Below, piece after piece: positions 1 to 9,997 of a DNA stretch of 64,000 bases (position 1 is the stretch's first letter; every line of letters begins with the position of its first letter). The stretch lies in assembly GCA_013287965.1 (NCBI GenBank), contig JABDCU010000003.1, positions 4,231 through 68,230 on the forward strand, read 5' to 3'. Source of the stretch: Candidatus Omnitrophota bacterium. Lineage in GTDB: Bacteria; Omnitrophota; Gorgyraeia; Zapsychrales; Fredricksoniimonadaceae. Below the pieces are notes generated by a model. That model was not told the DNA's origin. It ran no database searches and saw nothing but the letters and a program-made list of their open reading frames with translations. Made by a program: the position numbers and the translations under genes.

Positions 1-991
<991 letters not shown>

Positions 992-992
992 A

Positions 993-1538
993 ATGAAAAA
1001 ACTCAACGAAAAAACTGTCTACGAAGGCCAATGGCTTTCGGTGCGTGAGACCATTTACCAAACCAAAGAGGGAAAAGAATTAAGTTGGGAATGTGTCCAC
1101 CGCAAACGCTCGACCGTGGGCGTTGTCATTGTCGCGCGGCTGATGCCTTCTGAGCGTTTTATCCTCATCAAACAATACCGTCCGGCCATTGATGGATACA
1201 TTATTGCTTTTCCCGCAGGCCTGGGGTTTAATGATCCTAATCATGCCCTGGTTGAATTAAAAGAAGAGACCGGATATACGGGGAAGATCGTTGACGTAAG
1301 CCCTGTTTTAAAGACCGGAGCTTCGATCATCAATGACAATGCCAGGATCGTTTACATCGAAGCAGATGAAAATTTACCCGCCAACCAAAATCCCGTGCAG
1401 GAACTGGAAGATGCCGAAGATATAGAGGTTTGTTTAGTGGCCAAAGAAGAGGCCAAGAGTTTTTTACTGCAGCAGATAGAAGAGGGTGTCCATGTTGCGT
1501 CTAATTTGTGGTACGTTTTTGGTATCAATAATTTTTAG
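993..1538 (+). CDS. NUDIX hydrolase (ADP-ribose pyrophosphatase-like)
   Basis: Nudix-box-like GLGFNDPNHALVELKEETGY; starts 1 nt after atpC stop. Confidence 0.75.
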   Translation: MKKLNEKTVYEGQWLSVRETIYQTKEGKELSWECVHRKRSTVGVVIVARLMPSERFILIKQYRPAIDGYIIAFPAGLGFNDPNHALVELKEETGYTGKIVDVSPVLKTGASIINDNARIVYIEADENLPANQNPVQELEDAEDIEVCLVAKEEAKSFLLQQIEEGVHVASNLWYVFGINNF

Positions 1539-2199
1539 TGCCGGTCTTTACGCCTATGCTGGCAGCATTACCGGGACGGTAAAATTTGAGGGGACAGCGC
1601 CTCACTCAAGATTGATCCACATGGATGCTGACCCTGTTTGTTACGCGGTCAATAAAGGCAATGTCCACTCTCCAGCTCTTGTCTTAGGCGATAACAATAC
1701 TTTGGGCAATGTGTTTGTTTATATTAAAAGCGGTTTGGCCAAGAGCAATTATCCGATCCCTGCAGAAGCCGCGGTGATAACCCAAGCCGGCTGTAATTAT
1801 GCGCCTCATGTGATCGGGGTCATTGTAGGGCAGAAGGTCAAATTCCTTAATCCCGACGGCACCCTGCACAATGTGCGCGCGATGTGCCAAATAAATCCGG
1901 AGTTTAACGAGGCCATGCCGGATTTCCGGAAAGAAATGGAAGTCTCTTTCAATAAGCCGGAATTCATGTTCCAGGTCCAATGCGATGTCCATCCCTGGAT
2001 GCAGGCATGGATAGCGGTGATGGCGCACCCATTTTTTGCCGTGACAGGCCCTGACGGTAAGTTTGAGATTAAAAATGTGCCTGCCGGGACTTATGAGATC
2101 GAAGCCTGGCATGAAAAACTAGGGACAAAAACAGCGACAGTAACTGTGAAAGACGGTACAGCACAAACATTAGATTTAACTTTTTCCGAACCTAAATGA
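1486..2199 (+). CDS. exported cupredoxin-like (type-1 copper) protein with C-terminal carboxypeptidase-regulatory-like beta-sandwich
   Basis: Signal peptide MLRLICGTFLVSIIFSAGLYAYA; Cu-ligand pattern FLNPDGTLHNV ... QCDVHPWM; C-terminal GKFEIKNVPAGTYEIEAWHEKLG; start uncertain (overlaps NUDIX by 53 nt). Confidence 0.55.
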   Translation: MSMLRLICGTFLVSIIFSAGLYAYAGSITGTVKFEGTAPHSRLIHMDADPVCYAVNKGNVHSPALVLGDNNTLGNVFVYIKSGLAKSNYPIPAEAAVITQAGCNYAPHVIGVIVGQKVKFLNPDGTLHNVRAMCQINPEFNEAMPDFRKEMEVSFNKPEFMFQVQCDVHPWMQAWIAVMAHPFFAVTGPDGKFEIKNVPAGTYEIEAWHEKLGTKTATVTVKDGTAQTLDLTFSEPK

Positions 2200-2214
2200 T
2201 GTTAAAATAAATTT

Positions 2215-2391
2215 ATGGGTATCAAGTATATTCACGTCACTCTTATCGCTGTTTCCATCCTTTTGTGCCTGGGTTTTGGTTTTTGGAATTTAAACCATGA
2301 CAGCGCGCTGTGGGGGTATTGTTCATTTACCGTTGCCATTGCTTTGCTTATCTACTGCATCCAATTCATTAAAAAAATGAAGGCCCTTTAA
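2215..2391 (+). CDS. micro-ORF, 58-aa two-helix membrane peptide upstream of oxidase
   Basis: Below ORF-track cutoff; MGIKYIHVTLIAVSILLCLGFGFWNLNHDSALWGYCSFTVAIALLIYCIQFIKKMKAL; no clear SD. Confidence 0.35.
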   Translation: MGIKYIHVTLIAVSILLCLGFGFWNLNHDSALWGYCSFTVAIALLIYCIQFIKKMKAL

Positions 2392-2392
2392 A

Positions 2393-2554
2393 ATGGTATT
2401 CTGCGCGGTTTGTTTCGGGGACCCTACATCACCTTTGACCCAGGGGTATAATTTAGCTGTCATTGCTTTGTTGGCGGTGATAACCGCTGTTTTAACGGGA
2501 TTCGCGATCCTGTTTTTAAATTTTCGTAAAAGAGAAAAAGCCCTTATAAAATAA
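2393..2554 (+). CDS. micro-ORF, 53-aa single-helix membrane peptide with N-terminal CxxC
   Basis: ATG 1 nt after previous stop (TAAAATG); MVFCAVCFGDPTSPLTQGYNLAVIALLAVITAVLTGFAILFLNFRKREKALIK. Confidence 0.35.
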   Translation: MVFCAVCFGDPTSPLTQGYNLAVIALLAVITAVLTGFAILFLNFRKREKALIK

Positions 2555-2567
2555 ATTAATAATTAGG

Positions 2568-2595
2568 TTCAAATTGTAATATTTCGTGGTATAGT
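2568..2595 (+). promoter_or_regulatory. putative sigma70-type promoter of the oxidase operon
   Basis: TTCAAA (2568-2573), 16-nt spacer, extended -10 TGgTATAGT (TATAGT 2590-2595); GGAGAG SD at 2620-2625 before ctaD ATG 2634. Confidence 0.4.
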
Positions 2596-2633
2596 TTTAA
2601 AGTCTTCATCAATTCATTCGGAGAGCGCTTTTC

Positions 2634-4400
2634 ATGAGCAGTGAACACCATTCGGCCCACCACGACCATTCCCACGATGATACGCATCATCAGCAGTCAT
2701 TTTGGTCGCAATATGTTTTTTCTACCGACCATAAGATCATAGGTATCCAATACCTGTTCATGAGCTTGTTTTTCCTGTTTTTTGGTTTTTGTTTAATGTT
2801 GCTCATGCGCTGGCAAATTGCTTATCCCGGCCATCCTTTGCCGATCATAGGGAAGATGTTTGGGGCAGACAGCATGCCGAATGGAGTCATGCTCCCTGAA
2901 TTTTACAATCAGCTGGGTGCCATGCACGGGACCATCATGGTCTTCTTAGGGGTTGTTCCTTTAGGCTTCGCGGTTTTTGGGAATTATCTTATCCCTTTGC
3001 AGATCGGCGCCAAGGACATGGCTTTTCCAAGATTAAACATGTTTAGCTATTGGTCATTTTTAGCCGGCGGCATGTTGATGCTTTCAAGTTTCTTTCTGCC
3101 CAACGGCCCGGCAAGCAATGGCTGGACATCCTATTCGCCGTTATCAGATATTGCCCATGACGGCCAGACCATTTGGCTGTTTTCCATGGCCATCATCATT
3201 ATTTCTTCACTGCTTTCTTCGTTGAATTTTATTACCACCATCTTTAACTTACGCGCTCCGGGCATGACCTTTGAACGTCTGCCGTTTTTTATCTGGGCGC
3301 AGTTGATCACGGCCTTTTTATTGCTTTTAGCTTTCCCGCCGCTTGAGGGTGCCGCGTTTTTGCAATTGTGCGACCGGTTGCTGGGAACAAGTTTCTTTTT
3401 ACCCACCGGTTTGTTTGTCAACGGCCACATAGCCAATATTAGTGGAGGAGGCAATGCCCTTCTTTGGCAGCATCTATTTTGGTTTTTAGGCCATCCTGAA
3501 GTTTACGTCATCATTCTTCCGGCGCTTGGCATTGTCACTGAGATCATTGCCTGTAATACCAGGAAAAGCATTGCTGGTTTTGGCATGATGCGCTGGTCAA
3601 TTATCTTTTTGGGATTTTTGTCTTTTGTGGTCTGGTCTCATCATACCTATTTGACCGGCATGGGGACTAATATCACTGCTTTCTTTCAAACCACCACCAT
3701 GATCATATCCATCCCATCCGTCATCATTGTTTCTGCTTTATTTATTACCTTGTGGGGAGGGTCGATCCGTTTTAATGTTCCCATGCTTTTTGCTTTGGCA
3801 TTTTTGCCCATGTTTGGTTTTGGCGGATTAACAGGTCTGCCGTTGGGCCTGGCTGCGACAGACATTCCTTTGCACGACACCTATTATGTCATCGGGCATT
3901 TTCATTATGTAGTTGCTCCGGGAGTTGTTTTGGGGCTTTTTGCCGGGATCTATTATTGGTTTCCCAAGGCCACCGGCCGCAAGATGAATGAATTTTTAGG
4001 CCATTTGCATTTTTGGCCTACCTTAATAACAATGAACCTGGTGTTTTTTCCCATGCTGATACAGGGCCTGATGGGCCTCAACCGCCGGATGTATGATGGT
4101 GGAGCAACCTATGCATTCAACCACGATATACTTTATTGGAATGTTGTGATTTCCTCGGCTGCCTGGGTCATGGCCTTGGCCCAGCTTCCGTTTATTTTTA
4201 ATTTCTTTTATAGCATGTTCAACGGCGAGAAAGTCAATTCAGATAATCCATGGCAATCAGCGACACTTGAGTGGGCCACGCCAACACCGCCGGGACACGG
4301 GAACTTTACCCATCCCATCACTGTTTACCGTGATCCCTATAGTTACAGTCTTCCGGGGGCGCCGAAGGATTACAGCCCTCAGGACCAAAAAGAAATTTAA
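2634..4400 (+). CDS. ctaD: cytochrome c oxidase subunit I (haem-copper oxidase, aa3 type)
   Basis: 588 aa polytopic; LFWFLGHPEVYVIILP, VWSHHTYLTG, IGHFHYVVAPG signatures; His-rich N-terminus. Confidence 0.95.
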   Translation: MSSEHHSAHHDHSHDDTHHQQSFWSQYVFSTDHKIIGIQYLFMSLFFLFFGFCLMLLMRWQIAYPGHPLPIIGKMFGADSMPNGVMLPEFYNQLGAMHGTIMVFLGVVPLGFAVFGNYLIPLQIGAKDMAFPRLNMFSYWSFLAGGMLMLSSFFLPNGPASNGWTSYSPLSDIAHDGQTIWLFSMAIIIISSLLSSLNFITTIFNLRAPGMTFERLPFFIWAQLITAFLLLLAFPPLEGAAFLQLCDRLLGTSFFLPTGLFVNGHIANISGGGNALLWQHLFWFLGHPEVYVIILPALGIVTEIIACNTRKSIAGFGMMRWSIIFLGFLSFVVWSHHTYLTGMGTNITAFFQTTTMIISIPSVIIVSALFITLWGGSIRFNVPMLFALAFLPMFGFGGLTGLPLGLAATDIPLHDTYYVIGHFHYVVAPGVVLGLFAGIYYWFPKATGRKMNEFLGHLHFWPTLITMNLVFFPMLIQGLMGLNRRMYDGGATYAFNHDILYWNVVISSAAWVMALAQLPFIFNFFYSMFNGEKVNSDNPWQSATLEWATPTPPGHGNFTHPITVYRDPYSYSLPGAPKDYSPQDQKEI

Positions 4401-4402
4401 AT

Positions 4403-5014
4403 ATGAGCGAAACTGAAGAATTTATACCGTATATCGTCAAACCCCGCGAAGATACCGGCCTTTATAATGCCAAATTCGGCATCTGGCTTTTTTTGGCTTC
4501 AGAAGTCATGCTCTTTGGTTCTTTGTTTTCCGCTTATATCCTGCTTCGTGTCGGGTCATTCACCTGGCCCGTGCAGTCTGAAATACAGAATGTGGCTATC
4601 GGTGCCATCAATAGTGTTGTCCTTCTTTCATCCAGCATATTCTTCATACGCGCCTGGGTGGCCTTGAAGGCGGATGATATAGCTAAATATAAAAGATTCA
4701 TGTATTTGGTCATTTTGTTTGCTTTTATATTCCTGTTCTTAAAAGGGGTTGAGTATTACCAGCATTTCAGCCATCATGAATATCCCAAGACCAGTGTTTT
4801 TTTGGCCATTTATTTTTTAATGACGGGCTTGCATGCCTTGCATATCATCGGCGGTATCCTTGTGAATTCTTATTATGCCGGCCCGGGCTTATATCTTAGA
4901 GATAAACCTAACGGCAAACAATGGTTCATCAATCGCGTGGAAGTGGCAGGCCTTTACTGGCACTTTGTGGATTTGGTTTGGATATTTTTATTTTCGACCT
5001 TATATTTGCTTTAA
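4403..5014 (+). CDS. ctaE: cytochrome c oxidase subunit III
   Basis: 203 aa, 5 TM; LFLASEVMLFGSLFSAY and AGLYWHFVDLVWIFLF signatures; 2 nt after ctaD stop. Confidence 0.9.
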   Translation: MSETEEFIPYIVKPREDTGLYNAKFGIWLFLASEVMLFGSLFSAYILLRVGSFTWPVQSEIQNVAIGAINSVVLLSSSIFFIRAWVALKADDIAKYKRFMYLVILFAFIFLFLKGVEYYQHFSHHEYPKTSVFLAIYFLMTGLHALHIIGGILVNSYYAGPGLYLRDKPNGKQWFINRVEVAGLYWHFVDLVWIFLFSTLYLL

Positions 5015-5042
5015 GATTCTTCGCTGCGCTCAGAATGACACA
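5014..5042 (+). repeat. hairpin (REP-like) repeat, degenerate copy
   Basis: AAGATTCTTCGCTGCGCTCAGAATGACAC; outer stem ATTCT/AGAAT and ...AATGACA end as in other copies. Confidence 0.45.
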
Positions 5043-5053
5043 GGAATAAAAAT

Positions 5054-5365
5054 ATGGAAGAGCATTCACAAAAAGACGAATTTAAACGGGATATTTTGAT
5101 CTATTTCTGTATTATTGCCCTGGTAGGGGTGATCATCTTTATCAGTCACCTGCATCTGGGGACAGGGGGAATATTCCTTATTATACCTATTGCCTGCTTG
5201 GAGGCTGGGATCTTGGGTTATTATTTCATGCACTTGATGACCAAGAAGAGGACCGTTCATTTACTTTTACTATTAACGGTCATTGTTTTTGTGACATTAT
5301 TATTTTGGCCTGCCTGGGATGTGGCGTATTCTCCGAGGACGCCCAGCGAATTTACGACTTACTAA
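5054..5365 (+). CDS. cytochrome c oxidase subunit IV (small bacterial type)
   Basis: 103 aa, 3 TM, YYFMHLM motif typical of prokaryotic subunit IV; sits between ctaE and ctaC. Confidence 0.6.
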   Translation: MEEHSQKDEFKRDILIYFCIIALVGVIIFISHLHLGTGGIFLIIPIACLEAGILGYYFMHLMTKKRTVHLLLLLTVIVFVTLLFWPAWDVAYSPRTPSEFTTY

Positions 5366-5368
5366 CTT

Positions 5369-6118
5369 ATGGATAATATTTTACAAAAACTTCTCCCCAT
5401 GCAGCCGTTAGCTTCAGTGGAAGGCCGCGATAATGATACCTTGATGTATTTGATCCACGGCCTTGTGCTTGTCCTTTTTGTGGGCTGGGCCATCTATTAT
5501 ATTGTTGTCCTGATCAAATTCCGTGAAACTAAAAATTCTAAAGCCGCTGAATCCCACGTGGCGCATACTGTTTCTTCCTACGTTGAATGGTTTGTGGTGG
5601 TCGCTGAGATCGTGCTTCTTTTTGCTTTTTCCATTCCTTTTTGGGCCGTACATCAGGCCTCTGTTCCTGAAGGCAAAAATATCATGGAAGTCAAGGTCGT
5701 GGCCCAGCAATTTGCCTGGAACGTGCATTATGCCGGTCCCGACGGAAGGTTTGGCCGGGCCAGCGCCAGGTTTTTAGAGGACAATCCCCTGGGCCTTGAT
5801 CCCAGTGACCCTGATGGCAAGGATGATATCACGACCATGAACCAGGTCTATCTGCCGGTCAATAAAACCGTTATTTTCCGTTTGACCAGTAAGGATGTAA
5901 TACACAGTTTCGGTGTGCCGGCCATGCGTGTTAAACAAGATATTATTCCAGGCATGACCACTTCAGCCTGGTTTACGCCTAATAAGATCGGCCAATATGA
6001 AATAGCTTGTTCCCAATTATGCGGTGTGGGGCATTACCGCATGCGGGGCATTATCAATGTCGTTGCCCAAGCTGACTTTGACCAATGGATAGCGCAAAAC
6101 AAAGGAATCCATGACTAA
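5369..6118 (+). CDS. ctaC: cytochrome c oxidase subunit II (CuA, no fused cytochrome c)
   Basis: Two N-terminal TM helices; CuA site DVIHSFGVP ... CSQLCGVGHYRM. Confidence 0.9.
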   Translation: MDNILQKLLPMQPLASVEGRDNDTLMYLIHGLVLVLFVGWAIYYIVVLIKFRETKNSKAAESHVAHTVSSYVEWFVVVAEIVLLFAFSIPFWAVHQASVPEGKNIMEVKVVAQQFAWNVHYAGPDGRFGRASARFLEDNPLGLDPSDPDGKDDITTMNQVYLPVNKTVIFRLTSKDVIHSFGVPAMRVKQDIIPGMTTSAWFTPNKIGQYEIACSQLCGVGHYRMRGIINVVAQADFDQWIAQNKGIHD

Positions 6119-6653
6119 TCATACTCCGACACCACGGTCCCAGGACCCTGAGGACATCCAAAAACGTGATTTTATAAAAGGCGTGACAGCAGCGATCTTA
6201 GGTTTCTTAAGCCTTGCCCTGACATGGCCCCTGGTTTCCTTCCTTATTCCTTCTTCCAACGAGGGGGCAGAGGGGAAATTTGTCAAAGTCCCTAATTTTC
6301 CCGGTCTTGGTGTTGATAAGCCAACGAAGATGACCACTGTTGAAGATGTGGATGTGCAAGCTTTTATAACGACCAAGGTGGTTTATGATATTTGGGTGAT
6401 CAAACATGCCGCGGACAAGGCAACTGTCTATTCGTCTTTATGCCCGCATTTAAATTGCCGCTATAATTTTGACAGCACTAAAAATGTCTTTGCCTGTCCT
6501 TGCCATGGCAGTGTTTTTAATGAAGACGGCAAATGCATAGCAGGGCCGGCGCCAAGGCCATTGGACACCCTTCCTTATAAGATCGAAGGCGGGGAGCTGT
6601 ACGTGCAGTATAAATTATTTAAAGCCGGTATTCCTGAAAAGATTGAGGCCTAA
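6111..6653 (+). CDS. Rieske [2Fe-2S] protein
   Basis: CPHLNC ... CPCHGSVF boxes; N-terminal KRDFIKGVTAAILG Tat-like anchor; overlaps ctaC stop by 8 nt. Confidence 0.9.
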   Translation: MTNHTPTPRSQDPEDIQKRDFIKGVTAAILGFLSLALTWPLVSFLIPSSNEGAEGKFVKVPNFPGLGVDKPTKMTTVEDVDVQAFITTKVVYDIWVIKHAADKATVYSSLCPHLNCRYNFDSTKNVFACPCHGSVFNEDGKCIAGPAPRPLDTLPYKIEGGELYVQYKLFKAGIPEKIEA

Positions 6654-8983
6654 TGACCGATTCCTCCAAAAAACCTGTATTACATGTTGTCAAAGACTGG
6701 GTCAATGAACGTACGGGACTCATAACATTTTTTTCCGAATTCTTACACGAAGAGATCCCCGGCGGCACCCGGTTTTCCTATACCTTAGGCTCGGCCTGTA
6801 TGTTCCTGTTGACCATACAGATCGTCACCGGCATCTGGCAGCTTTTTTATTATGTGCCCACCGTTGATTACGCTTATTCCAGTTTGAATTATCTGCGCCT
6901 GCAGGTGCCCTTTGGATGGCTGATCCACGGCATCCATTATTGGGGCGGCACTTTATTTACGATCATCGTCGGTCTTCATTGCCTGCGCGTTTTTATCTGG
7001 GGTTCGTATAAAAAGCCCAGGGAAATGGTATGGCTCATCGGCATTGTCCTGATCATTTTGACAGCTTTGTTCATGTTCACAGGCCCGGTGCTTCCCTGGG
7101 ACAAAGACGGTTATTTTGCAGGGCAAGTGGGCATCGGGATTGCCGGCTCCGTGCCTATTGTTGGTCCTTTAACGCAAGCGATATTGCAAGGTGCTAACAA
7201 AATGGGGCAGATGGCGCTTCTTCGCATGTATGTCCTTCATGTGGCCATTCTTCCCGCTGCCATCGGCGGATTTGTCATGCTGCACCTGATCGCTTTCCGT
7301 ACCTACGGTGAATCTGGCCCGTGGGATGAGAAAAAGCGAAAAGTTGTCGGATACTTTTGGCCGGAACAAATATTTAAAGACGTCGTCGTTACATTTTTGA
7401 TCTTTCTTTTATTGGTTTATCTCTCTGCCTTTTTCCCGGCGCCGTTTTCCGGCCTGGCAGATCCATCGGACACGCTTGTATCTCCCAAACCCGCGTGGAC
7501 CTTCCTGTTCCTTTATCAGATATTGAAAATATTCCCCGGTCCTTTGGAACCATTGGGTACTGCCGGCGTTCCTTTAATGATCGTTTTGCTTTTTGCTTCC
7601 CTGCCTTTTGTTGACAAAAGCCCGGAAAAAAATCCTTTTAAACGGGGGTTTGTGGTATTGAGCGGATTTGCTTTTGTGGGGATAGTTTTGTATTTGACAT
7701 GGCTTGGGTATATTTACAGGAGCGACGCTGAAAAGTCCCAAATGGAAGCCCCGGTAACAATCAGCCAGGATGATAGTGGAAAAATAAAATTGGCTGACCA
7801 ATATACGGCCATGGTCGCGGCCAATGCCGATAAAAAAGCTTCAGGGGAAAAGCTCTTTAAAACTTTAGGATGCACGGAATGCCACACCGTGACTGGTGTT
7901 GCGAGCAATAAACAAGGGCCTGATCTCTTGATGGCCAAAGGTAATAACCGTTCCAGTGAGTGGCTTTATACCCAAATCCTTGCCCCTCAGGCGCATAATC
8001 AAAAGACCATCATGCCGCCTTTCGCGCATTTAAGTGAGGAAAATATCAATCTTTTAGTTACTTATTTACAGGGTTTGACTCCGCCTCCGGGGGCTGCGGC
8101 ACCGCCAGCAGCAGTACCGGCAGCAGCTGCCGGTGCACCGGTGGACGCGGCTACATCTGTAAAGAATGGTGAACAATTATTTAACTCCATGGGTTGTATA
8201 CAGTGCCATACGATACAAGGCACACCGAGTAATAAGCTGGGGCCGGATTTGATCATGTCTATAGCCAAGGATAAGCCCAGCAATGACTGGCTTAAAACCC
8301 AGTTAATGACACCGCAAGCGCATAACCCGACAAGTGTCATGCCTTCGTTTGCCAGCCGTTTAAATGATGCGCAGATGAGTGACATGGTGAATTTCCTAAG
8401 CAGTTTAGCGACGAGAAAACCAACAGCGCCAGCCGCAGGGGCAGCTGTAGCAGCGGCCAGTGAAAGTCAGGAGGCTGCGCCGCCTGCCAGCAGCAGCGGC
8501 AGCGGGGTCCAAGCGCTCGGCATTATCGGTGATAAAGATCATGGGGCCATTTTATTCCATCAATCCTGTATCATGTGCCATGGCCCTCATGGTGATAATA
8601 AGACGCCCGGCTTTACAGCCTACATCACAGGAGGGTCGACACCTCCTAAAGGTGTCCCGGCACTCAATCCTATTGACCGTGCCGTCTATAACATGGATCC
8701 CCAGCTTTTCGTACAGCATATAGACCAATTTATCCAGCATGGTATCCCTAATACTGAAGGCGGGCCCAACATGCCGGCTTTTGGTGATTCGCATGCCTTG
8801 ACCCAGGCGCAGATCGCTGACCTGGAAGCCTATGTCTTGTCTCTTAATGGTGTTGACCGCACCATGATCATGAATCCGGGGATCGAGCCCAGGGAATTTT
8901 TCTACATGCTCGTTGCCATTACATCAGTCATCATCATGCTGGCTGTATTGTATTGGTTCCTGATGAAGCTGCTTAAAATTTAA
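6653..8983 (+). CDS. cytochrome b (b6 + subunit IV-like) fused to three c-type cytochrome domains
   Basis: N-terminal cyt b (IHGIHYWGG, HCLRVF, PAWTFLFLYQILK); three CxxCH (CTECH, CIQCH, CIMCH) separated by Ala/Pro-rich linkers; C-terminal TM helix. Confidence 0.9.
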   Translation: MTDSSKKPVLHVVKDWVNERTGLITFFSEFLHEEIPGGTRFSYTLGSACMFLLTIQIVTGIWQLFYYVPTVDYAYSSLNYLRLQVPFGWLIHGIHYWGGTLFTIIVGLHCLRVFIWGSYKKPREMVWLIGIVLIILTALFMFTGPVLPWDKDGYFAGQVGIGIAGSVPIVGPLTQAILQGANKMGQMALLRMYVLHVAILPAAIGGFVMLHLIAFRTYGESGPWDEKKRKVVGYFWPEQIFKDVVVTFLIFLLLVYLSAFFPAPFSGLADPSDTLVSPKPAWTFLFLYQILKIFPGPLEPLGTAGVPLMIVLLFASLPFVDKSPEKNPFKRGFVVLSGFAFVGIVLYLTWLGYIYRSDAEKSQMEAPVTISQDDSGKIKLADQYTAMVAANADKKASGEKLFKTLGCTECHTVTGVASNKQGPDLLMAKGNNRSSEWLYTQILAPQAHNQKTIMPPFAHLSEENINLLVTYLQGLTPPPGAAAPPAAVPAAAAGAPVDAATSVKNGEQLFNSMGCIQCHTIQGTPSNKLGPDLIMSIAKDKPSNDWLKTQLMTPQAHNPTSVMPSFASRLNDAQMSDMVNFLSSLATRKPTAPAAGAAVAAASESQEAAPPASSSGSGVQALGIIGDKDHGAILFHQSCIMCHGPHGDNKTPGFTAYITGGSTPPKGVPALNPIDRAVYNMDPQLFVQHIDQFIQHGIPNTEGGPNMPAFGDSHALTQAQIADLEAYVLSLNGVDRTMIMNPGIEPREFFYMLVAITSVIIMLAVLYWFLMKLLKI

Positions 8984-8986
8984 AAC

Positions 8987-9997
8987 ATGCCATCCCAATC
9001 CGTAGCCTTAAGGCGCTATTCGAAGTTCCTTTGCGCCGTGACCTTGTTTTTGATCCTTCTTGGAGCTTTAGTTAAAAGCACCGAGTCAGGCCTTTCTGTG
9101 CCTGATTGGCCCACTACCTACGGCAAATTCATGTTTGCCTATCCTCTGAACAAAATGGCAGGGGGGGTCAAATATGAACACACCCACCGCATGCTGGCGT
9201 CCATCGTCGGGCTTCTGACTTTAATTTTAACCATATGGGTGCTTCGCATCCCAACAGTACCTGTATGGATCAAGCGTTTGGGCATATTTGCTTTTTTAAC
9301 AGTGGTGGCGCAGGGTATTTTAGGCGGATTGACGGTCAAATTCTTTTTACCGGTGTGGTTGTCCACTTTTCACGGGGTATTGGCCCAAACTTTTTTTCTG
9401 GTCGTTATCCTTATTGCTTATGCTTTATCACTTGAACGGCGTCAACGCTGGAACATGGAAGAAGAAGGCTATAATCCGCGTTTTTTGCGCTTGAGCATCA
9501 TTCTCATGTTCATGGTGTATATCCAATTGATCATAGGCAATATCATGCGCCATGACCAGGCGGGTTTGGCCATACCTGATTTTCCGACGATGGGATGGAC
9601 TTTTTTCCCGACCTTTGACGCGGCGTGGCTTAACCGGATCAATGCCTGGCGTTTTGAGAATAATCTGGATCCTGTTAACATGGGGCAGGTGATGGTCCAT
9701 CTGACGCACCGTGTCTGGGCTTTGTTGATCCTGCTCAAGATCCTATGGCTTAATAATATCGCTTATAAAGAATGTTTAGACCGTCCTTCGATCCTTAAAA
9801 CTTTGTATTGGCTTAATATGGCCGTGGTCCTGCAGATCATGTTAGGGATTTCGACTGTGCTTTCGCATAAAGAAGTTTTTACTACCACCATGCATGTGAC
9901 CATGGGGGCGATCGTCTTAGGCCTGTCATTTTTAATGGTCTTACGCGCAGCTCCCTTAACCTGGCGACAGTTTAAAACAATATCAACAAAACGATGA
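8987..9997 (+). CDS. ctaA: haem A synthase (COX15/CtaA family)
   Basis: 336 aa, 8 TM, conserved His in EHTHRMLA and HLTHRVWA; context with ctaB. Confidence 0.85.
   Translation: MPSQSVALRRYSKFLCAVTLFLILLGALVKSTESGLSVPDWPTTYGKFMFAYPLNKMAGGVKYEHTHRMLASIVGLLTLILTIWVLRIPTVPVWIKRLGIFAFLTVVAQGILGGLTVKFFLPVWLSTFHGVLAQTFFLVVILIAYALSLERRQRWNMEEEGYNPRFLRLSIILMFMVYIQLIIGNIMRHDQAGLAIPDFPTMGWTFFPTFDAAWLNRINAWRFENNLDPVNMGQVMVHLTHRVWALLILLKILWLNNIAYKECLDRPSILKTLYWLNMAVVLQIMLGISTVLSHKEVFTTTMHVTMGAIVLGLSFLMVLRAAPLTWRQFKTISTKR

Noticed and set aside
4467-5777. Nested/overlapping ORFs within the oxidase genes (4467-4667, 4875-5099, 5066-5260, 5414-5728, 5523-5777)
   Set aside because: They are alternative frames of well-supported cox genes. 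4875-5099 merely reads through the hairpin repeat (…ILRCAQNDTGI…).
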